From an uncultured delta proteobacterium (lineage in GTDB: Bacteria; Bdellovibrionota; FAC87; UBA2466): a stretch of 64,000 bases of DNA. Positions 1 to 9,175 of this stretch are shown here, one piece after another. The stretch is from the NCBI GenBank assembly GCA_963778115.1, contig CAVZSV010000004.1, positions 576,001 through 640,000 on the forward strand. Direction: 5' to 3'. How positions within the stretch are numbered: position 1 is the stretch's first letter; every line of letters begins with the position of its first letter. Both the position numbers and the translations under genes were made by a program. Below the pieces are notes generated by a model, which was not told the origin of the DNA, did no database searches, and was given only the letters and a program-made list of their open reading frames with translations.

Positions 1-1
1 C

Positions 2-937
2 TCGGGCCTACCCGCGGGCGCCGTTAATGTCATCCACGGAGAGGCTGAAGTCGCTCGTCGGTTAGTGAGCCATAGTGCGATTGACGGAATTTTCATGAGT
101 GGGGCTTTCGAAGGGGGAGGCAAACTCCAAAAGGTTTTGAGCGATTACTGGAAAGTCGTTGTCCTGGAAATGGGCTCTAAGAATGCGACGGTGATTTGGG
201 ACGATTGTTCCTACGATAGAGCGTTGCACGAAACCCTTTACTCTTCGTTCGTTACTTCGGGACAACGAGTGACAAACGCGCATCGAGTCCTCATTCACGA
301 AAAGATTTTCGATAAGTTCGTACAAGATTTTCATAAACTCGCTAAAAAGATCCGCGTCGGTTACGGATTAACAGCAGGAAAAGAGGCTCCGTTTTTGGGA
401 CCTCTTATCAGTGAAGAGTCGTTAGAGCACTACTTGAGATACCAAGGAATAGCTGTCCGAGAAGGCTGTGAAGAGATCATGCGAGGCAAGACCTTGGAAA
501 GAGATACCAGAGGACATTACGTATCTCCATCGATTCACTTGGTCACAAAACCGGATCCCAAGAGCGTTTACCAAAAGACGGAAATCACAGGCCCTAACGT
601 CGCCCTTTTCAAAGTGTCTGATTTGGATGAAGTCGCGGATATCGTGAACCAGACTCAGTTTGGAGTAGCGGCGTCGATTTATACTTCCAATCGAGAGACC
701 TACTTGCGCCTTATCGAAGAGGCCACCGCGGGACTTCTTTATTGGAACCGTCCGACGGTGGAATCCACTTTTCGCCTTCCTTACGGAGGGCTCAAGAAGA
801 GTGCGAATGCACGGCCCATGGGAAGTTTTAGCGGATATCAATGCACTTATCCCGTGGCTTCGTTGGAAGACAAGCACGACAACCCCCGCAAAGGGACAAA
901 GAGTTTACCGGAAACGTTACCTAGGTTGGAGGAATGA
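2..937 (+). CDS. Aldehyde dehydrogenase family protein (AstD-like), 5' end outside window; catalytic Cys replaced by Val
   Basis: Frame open from base 2: GLPAGAVNVIHG, LEMGSKNA, SFVTSGQRVT, EITGP, PYGGLKKS are ALDH motifs. Confidence 0.85.
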   Translation, partial: SGLPAGAVNVIHGEAEVARRLVSHSAIDGIFMSGAFEGGGKLQKVLSDYWKVVVLEMGSKNATVIWDDCSYDRALHETLYSSFVTSGQRVTNAHRVLIHEKIFDKFVQDFHKLAKKIRVGYGLTAGKEAPFLGPLISEESLEHYLRYQGIAVREGCEEIMRGKTLERDTRGHYVSPSIHLVTKPDPKSVYQKTEITGPNVALFKVSDLDEVADIVNQTQFGVAASIYTSNRETYLRLIEEATAGLLYWNRPTVESTFRLPYGGLKKSANARPMGSFSGYQCTYPVASLEDKHDNPRKGTKSLPETLPRLEE

Positions 938-1987
938 ATGGATACCAAAACGCGCATCCTGCTGTTAAGGCCTGACAAGGCTGGGGATGCTTTGAAAACT
1001 CTGCCCGTCCTGCGCTTACTGCGCATGCACTTTCCCTTTGTGGAGTTTCATCTTTTGGCGTCAGAACACAATGCGTCCCTGTTTGCTTTCGAACCGGGGT
1101 ACTCCGTGCATGTACTGCCCAAGCAGTGGAAGAGAATGAAAGGAGAAAAGATCCGGGCTCTGTTTACCAATGTCGGCGTCGATCGCTTCACCAAAGTTAT
1201 CAATCTGCTGTGCGATCCCAGTGACGGCATGCGGCTACTGCTTTCGAGCATCACGGCCGATCACAAATATTCGACTAGCCTCGAACCTCTGGAAGGGATT
1301 ATCCCTCTGTTACTTCCGGAGGAAACACCCGCTCACAGAAACGAAACCGAAAACATCGCTATTTTCGTGGGACAAGCGATGGGAGTGGATCTGACTAAAC
1401 GCATCTCCGAAGGGCCGCTTAGTCCTATCCTTTCTGAAGTCGACCGCACGGAAGCCCAAGAAAAAATGGGCCCCAAGCACGGACTGTGGTTGGGATTTTG
1501 TCCCATGGCGGGGCTGAAAACGCGCATGCACTCCACCAAACGTTGGCAGAAGCTGGTCCAGCGGGCGACATCACAGGACGAGTTCGAAAAGTTTTTCCTC
1601 TTTGGAACTCCCTCCGACTATCGTGTATTGGAACAGCTGCGAGATATTGCGGAACAGCCAGAGAAAATTGAGCTTTGCTTTCCCTCGACATTCCGAACCT
1701 TGGGCGCCTACTTGGAACGCCTTGACGGTGTCATAGCGGTCGATTCCGGTCCGCTGCACCTTGCTCGATCTTTAGGAGTGAAGTCACTAGGCATCTTAAG
1801 CGGAGGGGATACGCAAAGATGGTTTCCCAACCTTCGCGAAGGAGAGCGCATTTTAAAACGCGGTATCTTTAACCGTTTTCCCACAAGCTTCGAAATCATT
1901 TGGGCTTATGACAAATGGAGAGCGGAGCTACTCGATCACCATCCGATGAAGTCTCTGGAAAGTATAGCGGCGGCACGCCCGGCATGA
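938..1987 (+). CDS. Glycosyltransferase family 9 (LPS heptosyltransferase-like)
   Basis: N-terminal ILLLRPDKAGDAL and C-terminal DSGPLHLA motifs. Confidence 0.85.
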   Translation: MDTKTRILLLRPDKAGDALKTLPVLRLLRMHFPFVEFHLLASEHNASLFAFEPGYSVHVLPKQWKRMKGEKIRALFTNVGVDRFTKVINLLCDPSDGMRLLLSSITADHKYSTSLEPLEGIIPLLLPEETPAHRNETENIAIFVGQAMGVDLTKRISEGPLSPILSEVDRTEAQEKMGPKHGLWLGFCPMAGLKTRMHSTKRWQKLVQRATSQDEFEKFFLFGTPSDYRVLEQLRDIAEQPEKIELCFPSTFRTLGAYLERLDGVIAVDSGPLHLARSLGVKSLGILSGGDTQRWFPNLREGERILKRGIFNRFPTSFEIIWAYDKWRAELLDHHPMKSLESIAAARPA

Positions 1988-2084
1988 ACTCGTAAGGTGT
2001 CTCTCGTAAGGTGTCACTCTCCTTCCGGGCTCAAAAGGTACGGGTCATCTTAGGGCATGACCCGTTCCTAAAGGGCCCTAAGGG

Positions 2085-3565
2085 CTAATCATTGATCACA
2101 TCTTTCTTTAGCGAGCCACCCTTTTTCTAGAGTCAATAGTTCTGTGAGGCCCTTTCCTAGTATTTTCCAACCTGGCGGGCCATTCTGCTTAAGGTGGCCG
2201 CCGAGCCTCGCAACGGCTGAAATTGCTTCTGCGACCGTAGGATTTTCTGGGATGGGAGTTTTTGAGACCGCTCGGAGAACCGATATTTGAGTCGGGGTTA
2301 ACACTACTGTCGCCGGGGTGAGTGGCCGTTGCCTGGCTTCCGCTCGCAAGAGCAGCATTCGCCAGGCGATTGGGATAAAGATCGCCAAGGCATTGAAAAT
2401 GGTATCTTTCGATTCGAGTTGCCGTTCTTCAAAGGCACATCCAGTTTTGATCGCCTTAAAATATTCTTCGATAAGCCATCTGGCTCGATAGATATCGATC
2501 ACCTTTTCGATATCCGCGGGCGTATTGGTAGACTCGGTAGTGAGTAATTTCCAATCAATCGGCTCTGTTCCCTCCGGCGGATTGGACTCAAAGACGTGGA
2601 CAACGTTGAGTGTCACAGTCTTATTTAATCTTGCTCCATGATGGTGACCTCGTATTAGCTCCACCCTTGCCGCTGTCGCCGATAACATGGCGGTTCGTTG
2701 CTGACGAGCGGGGTAGTCTTTTCTGTTTTGAGGTAAGGGACTTTGTGCTCTTGTTCCAACTCGGACTTCTCGTTGAAGCTTTACCGGAGCGCTCTCGAGT
2801 GAGCTGTAAAGGCTCACTCCTTCTTCTAGGTTTTCGTCTGTAACCAAACGATCTCGGCAGACTCGAATCACGCAGCGACCAGATGAATCTTTTAGTTCAG
2901 AAAGTAACTCGAAGAAATCTGCCTCACGGTCCATCACGTGAATAGGTTTCGCTGCGAAGCCCAATCTCGATTCGCTGGCCACAATTCCTCGCATCCAACG
3001 CAGAGACTTTCTCGTCGGATCTTGTCGCGTTTTGGACGGGCTTTGATAGCCTTTCTTCTTCAGCTTAATCATTGGCTCAACCGCCACAACCCCAACAGGT
3101 CGATGCAAACAAGATCCCACAACTAAGGAAAAATGCCCGTAGAAACCGTCTCCCGCGGAGCGACTACCACTGAGCAAACCTAGCCCCTTACGTTTGGAAG
3201 GAAATTTGAACTCAGTCGTATCGTGGAGAACCAGAACTTCCTTTTCCAGTTTCGCTCGCAAAACCGTCTGCTCAAAATGGGATGCTAAAATCGACTCCAA
3301 ATTCACACGGGGATTACGCAGAAAACGGTAACCTCCCTCAATTCCAGCTCCTTCTCCTAAAAGCTTGGGTAAGGTCTCTTTAGGATCTTGGGCGATACCG
3401 TCAGACATGTCCATTAACCTCCGGGTGAGTCGCAGATCGCCAAAATTAGCCCCAGCGAACTCATTCGACATGGACGAAAAAAACTTAGGTTCAAGAGTAT
3501 TACTCATCTAAATGATTGATCAAATTTCACAGAGAAAGGCAAGAAAAGATATGTATGATCCTTAG
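2085..3565 (-). mobile_element. Complete IS4-family (IS50/Tn5-like) insertion sequence, 1481 bp
   Basis: Imperfect 19-bp ends CTAATCATTGATCACATCT (2085-2103) and CTAAGGATCATACATATCT (reverse complement of 3547-3565); 9-bp target duplication CCCTAAGGG at 2076-2084 and 3566-3574. Confidence 0.93.
2089..3507 (-). CDS. IS4-family DDE transposase
   Basis: FGDLRL N-terminus, LHDTTE, VMDREAD, YRARWLIEEYFKAIK (YREK motif), ARLGG...PPGW C-terminus. Confidence 0.95.
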   Translation of the reverse strand: MSNTLEPKFFSSMSNEFAGANFGDLRLTRRLMDMSDGIAQDPKETLPKLLGEGAGIEGGYRFLRNPRVNLESILASHFEQTVLRAKLEKEVLVLHDTTEFKFPSKRKGLGLLSGSRSAGDGFYGHFSLVVGSCLHRPVGVVAVEPMIKLKKKGYQSPSKTRQDPTRKSLRWMRGIVASESRLGFAAKPIHVMDREADFFELLSELKDSSGRCVIRVCRDRLVTDENLEEGVSLYSSLESAPVKLQREVRVGTRAQSPLPQNRKDYPARQQRTAMLSATAARVELIRGHHHGARLNKTVTLNVVHVFESNPPEGTEPIDWKLLTTESTNTPADIEKVIDIYRARWLIEEYFKAIKTGCAFEERQLESKDTIFNALAIFIPIAWRMLLLRAEARQRPLTPATVVLTPTQISVLRAVSKTPIPENPTVAEAISAVARLGGHLKQNGPPGWKILGKGLTELLTLEKGWLAKERCDQ

Positions 3566-3634
3566 CCCTAAGGGAGAGTGACACCTTTCAAAAAAAGTCG
3601 CTTTACCTCCCAATTATCGCTACTGTGCGTCCCG

Positions 3635-3901
3635 ATGGACGAAAAACCTCGAAAGGTTCAAAAATATATCGCACTGCTCCGGGAACGATTCTCCCGCCCT
3701 ATGATAGAATGGAATGAACGTTTTACGATCGCTCAGGCGGAGCGTGCTCTCATAACCGCAGACCTATCTCGAGATAAAAGAAGGCAAGTCATCGGTAAGG
3801 TAGCCGCATCGATCAGTCTGCAAAGCTACCTAGATAGTCTGCATTTTCAGGATCTCACCCGTTGGGACCAACACGAAAACCAAATCCATTTAGCCCACTA
3901 A
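3635..3901 (+). pseudogene. ruvX: N-terminally truncated, degenerate RuvX/YqgF
   Basis: WNERFT..AERAL..RRQVIGKVAASISLQSYL matches the C-terminal half of RuvX; N-terminal GxDxGxxRIG motif absent; directly upstream of mltG. Confidence 0.7.
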
Positions 3902-4914
3902 AGAGCCAAACCGGCAGCACTTCAACGCGCCTGGCCTCAGTACTGGTTCTGATTCTAATGTTCCTAACGATTGGAGTCGGAGTCCTGCTCTACCACGGCT
4001 CTACCGAAGGGGACATTGACGATGTCATCATTCCTCATGGAGCCACCATAGCCAAAGTTTCCGAGATATTAAAAGAGCAAGGAGTCATCGATTCTCCCAC
4101 CCTTTTTAAACTGCTCCTTAGATTCACCGGAGGAAACAGTCGCGTACGGGCGGGCGAATTTAGTTTCCGTAAAAACATGCGTGTCATCGATGCGATGTGG
4201 GTCATCTATCACGACAACCCTATCGTGCATCAAGTGACCATTCCCGAAGGTTTCAACGTTCGGCAAATCGCAGCCGTGCTTGCCTCGGAAAATTTGGTCA
4301 GCGAAAAACGATTTCTTGATCTAACCATGACCAAGCAGGCGGCCACTAAATATGGGTTGGAAGCCCCGACACTTGAAGGATTTCTGTACCCCGATACGTA
4401 TGCTTTTTCCAAAGTCGACGGCGAGGAAAAAATTATCGATCGCATGGTCCAACACTTCATGGAAGTGTACCGGAAAGATTTAAAGGCAGACGCCGATAGT
4501 CAAAAAGTCTCTCTCCTTACTCTGGTTACCCTAGCCTCCATGATCGAAAAGGAGACTGGTGTAGATGACGAAAGGCCAAAAGTCTCTTCGGTTTTCCATA
4601 ATCGGCTCCGAAAAAAGATGAAATTGCAAAGCGATCCCACGACGATTTATGGACTCGCCAACTACCAGGGTCGTCTTAGGAAGAAAGACCTCTTGGGATA
4701 CACCGCCTACAACACCTATACGATTCCGGCCCTTCCCCCAGGCCCAATCGCTAATCCGGGAGAAGCTTCCCTAAAGGCTGCTCTTCACCCGGCAGTTACC
4801 AAGTATCTGTATTTCGTGTCCAATAACCAGGGGAGCCATGTTTTCTCGGAAACCTACGAACAGCACGCCCGCCACGTAAATAATTACCAAGTTAAAAAGA
4901 GGCCAAAAAAATGA
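3862..4914 (+). CDS. mltG: Endolytic transglycosylase MltG (start uncertain)
   Basis: TM anchor, TIPEG, LEGFLYPDTY, ASMIEKET, LQSDPT, LPPGPIANPG. Confidence 0.95.
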   Translation: MGPTRKPNPFSPLKSQTGSTSTRLASVLVLILMFLTIGVGVLLYHGSTEGDIDDVIIPHGATIAKVSEILKEQGVIDSPTLFKLLLRFTGGNSRVRAGEFSFRKNMRVIDAMWVIYHDNPIVHQVTIPEGFNVRQIAAVLASENLVSEKRFLDLTMTKQAATKYGLEAPTLEGFLYPDTYAFSKVDGEEKIIDRMVQHFMEVYRKDLKADADSQKVSLLTLVTLASMIEKETGVDDERPKVSSVFHNRLRKKMKLQSDPTTIYGLANYQGRLRKKDLLGYTAYNTYTIPALPPGPIANPGEASLKAALHPAVTKYLYFVSNNQGSHVFSETYEQHARHVNNYQVKKRPKK

Positions 4915-4949
4915 TATGACCTCTCTCGACCTTTAGAGGGGAATCCATA

Positions 4950-5438
4950 ATGGCCGATCAAAAAGATAAACAAAATGACTCGCTTGCTCTAAGAAAAAAC
5001 GAAGTTCTGATGACGGAGATTGTGCTCCCGTCCCATACCAATGCCCTCCATACTATCTTCGGAGGAGTGGTCATGGGCTGGATAGATATCGCAGGAGCCA
5101 TAGCGGCACAACGCCACTGCAAAGCTCCCGTGGTAACCGTCTCCATCGACTACCTTCACTTTATCGTTCCCATCAAAATAGGGTTCGTGGTGCAAATTCG
5201 GGCCAACGTGACTTATGTGGGAAAGACCTCAATGGAGGTCGAAGTCATCGTTGATGCGGAAAACGCCAGTACCGGTGAGGTAAGGCGCGCTACCCAGGCC
5301 TACCTCACTTATGTCGGGGTCGACGAATTTGGTCGTCCCAAAAAGGCCCCTCCTTACACTCCCAAGACCGCCGAAGAAAAGAAAAAGTACAAAGAGGCGG
5401 AAAAGCGCCGGGCCTTACGGCTTCAGTGGCAGCAGTGA
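4950..5438 (+). CDS. Acyl-CoA thioesterase (hotdog fold, YciA-like)
   Basis: VLPSHTNALHTIFGGVVMGWID, VGKTSMEV. Confidence 0.9.
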   Translation: MADQKDKQNDSLALRKNEVLMTEIVLPSHTNALHTIFGGVVMGWIDIAGAIAAQRHCKAPVVTVSIDYLHFIVPIKIGFVVQIRANVTYVGKTSMEVEVIVDAENASTGEVRRATQAYLTYVGVDEFGRPKKAPPYTPKTAEEKKKYKEAEKRRALRLQWQQ

Positions 5439-5504
5439 AGTAGAAAGAATGAAAGGTGCGCCCTTCGGACGTCATCTGTCCGCGCCTCTCCTAAAAGAGG
5501 CCCC

Positions 5505-6257
5505 TTAAAAATTCGCCACCAACGAAGTCGTATACGTATAATCAAACTTTTGATTGGTCACAAAAACCGGTTTCGCGCGATAGATCCCCTGAAACGCCAT
5601 TTTGAGCGCCAAATTTTTATTTAGCGTAACGTTTATCGACGGTTCGAACTTGTAAATGACGTTAGCGGTGTCGGCTAAGTCAGGCAGCAATTCTATCCAG
5701 AATCTTCCCCAAATACCCTCCTGAATGGCCTTGCTTCCTTCGATATATAGACGAATGATTTGGCTGGAAACGTTCGATGGTGTCGCCCCAGGCACTCTGC
5801 TTTCATAGACATAGCGATAGCCGACCTCGGTGAACAGATAGGAATGTTTGGTGTCATCGGGATACAGATAATATTTTCCACCCACATCGGTATAGAGGCG
5901 CGAATCGTAACCTGAAAACTTGTCACTTTCGACACCTTGCCCGGTAAACCCAGTAAATCTCTCGCTAAGGATTCTTTCATACCTCAGATCGGCATGCCAA
6001 TTTTCAGCGGATTTGACTGAGTTCGAAAGACCTAACAGGTAATGAGCGGTATTTTTGAGCACGTCCTTTTCGGACAGGCCGTAAGAAGTGTTTTCCTTGG
6101 CGTTATAAGATTGCGAGCTACTATTTCCTCCCGCAATCGCAATACCCAATTCACTCGAATTGGAAAGACCCATTTGGCTGGCGGCAAAGATCTTCGTTGA
6201 ATATAGCAACAGCGTTCCCACTACCGTCAGCCCGACTAACAACGTCCCGTTCATCAC
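5505..6257 (-). CDS. DUF481/YdiY-like outer-membrane beta-barrel protein
   Basis: Signal peptide, ELG..GGNS start, amphipathic strands, C-terminal Phe. Confidence 0.75.
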   Translation of the reverse strand: MMNGTLLVGLTVVGTLLLYSTKIFAASQMGLSNSSELGIAIAGGNSSSQSYNAKENTSYGLSEKDVLKNTAHYLLGLSNSVKSAENWHADLRYERILSERFTGFTGQGVESDKFSGYDSRLYTDVGGKYYLYPDDTKHSYLFTEVGYRYVYESRVPGATPSNVSSQIIRLYIEGSKAIQEGIWGRFWIELLPDLADTANVIYKFEPSINVTLNKNLALKMAFQGIYRAKPVFVTNQKFDYTYTTSLVANF

Positions 6258-7157
6258 TCACCTCATTTTTCGCAGCCACAGATTTCCACCGGGGTTACTT
6301 AAGCACAGGGGCATTTGTTGTTCAAAGAACTTTGAATGGTATCGATGTAGGAAAATACTAAATAGCTGAATCTGGTAATGAGAGTTGCCCATCAGAAGGG
6401 CTCTTAAGAGGTAAGCTTCATTCCAGGCTCTCCCCTCTTCGATCCAGGCAGGAGGATACTCAAACGGATAGAAAATATCGTGGATATGGATCAAAACACC
6501 GGGTTTCAATCTAGGAAGGATTTCGAAATATAGATAATTAACATCACTTCCTAGTTTTGAGACATGAGAAGAGTCTATAAAAAGAATATCGTTCTCTTTC
6601 AATTCAGAAAACACCGCAAGATCTACCTCTTGAACCCGTTGGGGAATGATTCGAATCTTCTTTTCATCTTCTGGCTTAAGTAAGGAGAGTAGCAACTTCG
6701 GATAGGGTTCCACGAAAGTGCAGTTCACCTTTCCGTCCAAAAACTTTTCATTCGTGTCCAAAATCACGCAGGAGGAATAGCCGCAGCCAATTTCGATGAT
6801 ACGTTCCGGTCGAAACTCTCTCATCACGCTGTAAAGGAAAATGGCATCCGTATGTCCATAGGCTGGGTTTTGATACCGGTAGCGAAGGCCCGGGGTTCGT
6901 TTTTCCTGAAAAGGCAAATCTCCGTAGAAGCACTTTAGCTTTTCCAAGAGTTGAAGTTGTCCCTTTTCATTAAGGTCAATTTCAAGGGGCGGATCTAATT
7001 TCTCCGAAAAGAGCCGATTCCAATCACGCTTGACCTCTCTAGCATGAGGGACTGGCGAGTAATAATGGCCTGGGGGGGCGAAACGATGGAACCGATCGAA
7101 AGGGGCGCGAAACGCCATCACGAGCCCTCTCGCCCACTGACGAGGTTTTATCTTCAT
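6258..7157 (-). CDS. Class I SAM-dependent methyltransferase (Methyltransf_24-like)
   Basis: IIEIGCGYSS, LFIDSSH, LKPGVLIHIHD. Confidence 0.85.
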   Translation of the reverse strand: MKIKPRQWARGLVMAFRAPFDRFHRFAPPGHYYSPVPHAREVKRDWNRLFSEKLDPPLEIDLNEKGQLQLLEKLKCFYGDLPFQEKRTPGLRYRYQNPAYGHTDAIFLYSVMREFRPERIIEIGCGYSSCVILDTNEKFLDGKVNCTFVEPYPKLLLSLLKPEDEKKIRIIPQRVQEVDLAVFSELKENDILFIDSSHVSKLGSDVNYLYFEILPRLKPGVLIHIHDIFYPFEYPPAWIEEGRAWNEAYLLRALLMGNSHYQIQLFSIFLHRYHSKFFEQQMPLCLSNPGGNLWLRKMR

Positions 7158-7172
7158 CGTAATCTCTAAGGT

Positions 7173-7562
7173 CTATTCTTCTTGCGCTAACTTCTTGATG
7201 AACTCAGTGATATGAGCAAGGCTTGCGCCCGGAGTAAAGATCTCTTTTACGCCTAACTTCTTTAAGGCAATAGCATCCTCGTCGGGGATAACTCCACCGC
7301 CTACAACGGGGATATCGGAGGCCTTCTTATCTTTGAGAAGCTTTAGGATGTCAGGAAAGACCCGATTATGGGCGCCCGATAGAATACTGATACAGATAAC
7401 ATCCACATCCTCTTGAACCGCGCTATTTACGATCATCTCGGGAGTCTGGTGAAGGCCTGTGTATATGACCTCCATTCCAGCGTCTCTAAGCGCATGGGCA
7501 ATGACTTTGGCCCCGCGATCATGCCCATCAAGCCCTGGTTTTGCGACTAATACTCGAATCAT
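7173..7562 (-). CDS. Cobalamin-binding subunit of methylmalonyl-CoA mutase family
   Basis: [25 protein letters not shown]; start MIRVLV overlaps upstream stop (ATGA). Confidence 0.93.
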   Translation of the reverse strand: MIRVLVAKPGLDGHDRGAKVIAHALRDAGMEVIYTGLHQTPEMIVNSAVQEDVDVICISILSGAHNRVFPDILKLLKDKKASDIPVVGGGVIPDEDAIALKKLGVKEIFTPGASLAHITEFIKKLAQEE

Positions 7563-8173
7563 TGAAGCTTTCCCCAATTCTTAGGAAAGATACAAACCGC
7601 TTTCTTCTTAGATTTCAAGTAGGACGAAAGAAGTGCCAAGGTAGCGGCTTCATCTTTCTCTTCGGAATCTGGAGAAGCGTATCGGAGAAAGGCTTGGGCG
7701 AATTCGAAATTTTCTTGCACGATCTTTCTAATAAAACTACGCCACGGAAGACTTGGGTATTTGGAAATTCTAGAGTCATGACTTGCCATGAGCCACTCTT
7801 TCACCCACTTCAACTCAATTTTACATTCGAGTTGAAGATCCTTCATCGCTTTCTCGGGAACCAATGGGCTACAAAGTGCCAAAAAATTGTGGACGTACAG
7901 CTGATCCCAGTTTTTTAGATAGATGAAAATTTGAGCTATCTCTTCGAGTGAGACTTGAGGAACAGGTTTTAAAAGAACAATCCCAGGTACGTTGGAAGCT
8001 CGAAGGCCCAGAAGGCTTATCTTTACCTTCTCCCAACTCTCCAACGAAGCTTCGAGATACGCGACTGGTTGGTGCTCCTCTTCGAGACGATCTAGACGCG
8101 CCGTCAAAGCGGGACCCAGAGCAATTTCGTCCAAAAGAATCGGTTCTAGATTATTTTCCGTAGACATACACAC
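7559..8173 (-). CDS. Hypothetical protein
   Basis: 204-aa ORF overlapping both neighbours in an operon-like arrangement. Confidence 0.65.
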   Translation of the reverse strand: MCMSTENNLEPILLDEIALGPALTARLDRLEEEHQPVAYLEASLESWEKVKISLLGLRASNVPGIVLLKPVPQVSLEEIAQIFIYLKNWDQLYVHNFLALCSPLVPEKAMKDLQLECKIELKWVKEWLMASHDSRISKYPSLPWRSFIRKIVQENFEFAQAFLRYASPDSEEKDEAATLALLSSYLKSKKKAVCIFPKNWGKLQ

Positions 8174-9002
8174 CCCGGCCCGATTTTACCCCAAGCCATC
8201 CTGCTTCCACATATTTGCGGAGCAGTGGGGCCGGCCGATATTTGGAATCTCCCAGATCCCGGTGCAAGACTTCACAAACAAAAAGGCACACATCGAGCCC
8301 TACGAAATCGGCAAGCTGCAAGGGTCCCATCGGGAAGTTACACCCAAGCTTCATCGCCTCATCGATATCTTTCGCTGAAGCCAACCCCTCTTGTAGGGCA
8401 AAAAAGGCTTCGGTAATCATCGGCATTAAGATTCGATTCACCGCAAAGCCAGGCGAGTCCTTGGCCTCGATGAAAGTTTTCCCCATCTGCTCGGATACTT
8501 GACGGACGACCTGAAACGTTTCGTCATTAGTCGCCATGCCCCGAATACCTTCGACAAGCTTCATGACCGGCACCGGGTTCATAAAGTGCATCCCCGCCAC
8601 CTTTTCGGGGCGCTTGGTTTTGCTAGCGATTTCGGTGACCGAAATCGACGAAGTGTTCGTCGCAAGAATCGCTTCTTTGGGCAATAGGGAATCTAAATCC
8701 TTAAACAGTTTAAATTTGAGATCTCGATTCTCGGTAGCCGCTTCGATGACGAACTGACAGGAACTTAAGTCTTCAAGCTTTGTGGTGGTTTTGATTTTAC
8801 TCGCGATTTGAGCCGCGGGTGAGGTTAGCTTTCCTTTTTCTTCAAGCTTGGCCAGACTCTTTTTAATGCTCTCCGTGGCCTTTTCCAACTGAGTGCCCGA
8901 GATATCGAAAAGCATCACGGGATAACCCGCCTGGGCCGCCACTTGGGCGATACCGTTTCCCATGCTTCCTGCACCCACGACACCAATTTGAGAGATCTTC
9001 AC
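8151..9002 (-). CDS. 3-hydroxybutyryl-CoA dehydrogenase
   Basis: GVVGAGSMGNGIAQ, IEAATE, TNTSS, GMHFMNP, PMGPL; GTG start with AGGAG RBS. Confidence 0.93.
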   Translation of the reverse strand: MKISQIGVVGAGSMGNGIAQVAAQAGYPVMLFDISGTQLEKATESIKKSLAKLEEKGKLTSPAAQIASKIKTTTKLEDLSSCQFVIEAATENRDLKFKLFKDLDSLLPKEAILATNTSSISVTEIASKTKRPEKVAGMHFMNPVPVMKLVEGIRGMATNDETFQVVRQVSEQMGKTFIEAKDSPGFAVNRILMPMITEAFFALQEGLASAKDIDEAMKLGCNFPMGPLQLADFVGLDVCLFVCEVLHRDLGDSKYRPAPLLRKYVEAGWLGVKSGRGVYVYGK

Positions 9003-9119
9003 CGGCCACACTCCTTTGCTATGAAGTGCAAAAAATAACAACCGTGAGAGATACCGTCAAATAGAGGGAAAAATTGAATATAACGCGGGGCACAGTGATT
9101 AAAGAACTGAGCCGTGAAG

Positions 9120-9157
9120 CAAAAAAAAACGCGGGAAGAGAGTCTCTTCCCGCGTTC
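9120..9157 (-). terminator. Rho-independent terminator
   Basis: AACGCGGGAAGAG/CTCTTCCCGCGTT stem followed by a T-run on the minus strand. Confidence 0.85.
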
Positions 9158-9175
9158 TGAAAAATCGTAGTTAAC

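Larger units (their letters stand above)
1989..3587. repeat. ~90-nt REP/REPIN-like palindrome, split by the IS4 insertion
   Basis: AAGGTGTCACTCTCC (2008-2022) / GGAGAGTGACACCTT (3573-3587) perfect 15-bp IR; inner ACGGGTCAT/ATGACCCGT (2040-2048/2057-2065); CTCGTAAGGTGTC duplicated at 1989 and 2003. Confidence 0.75.
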
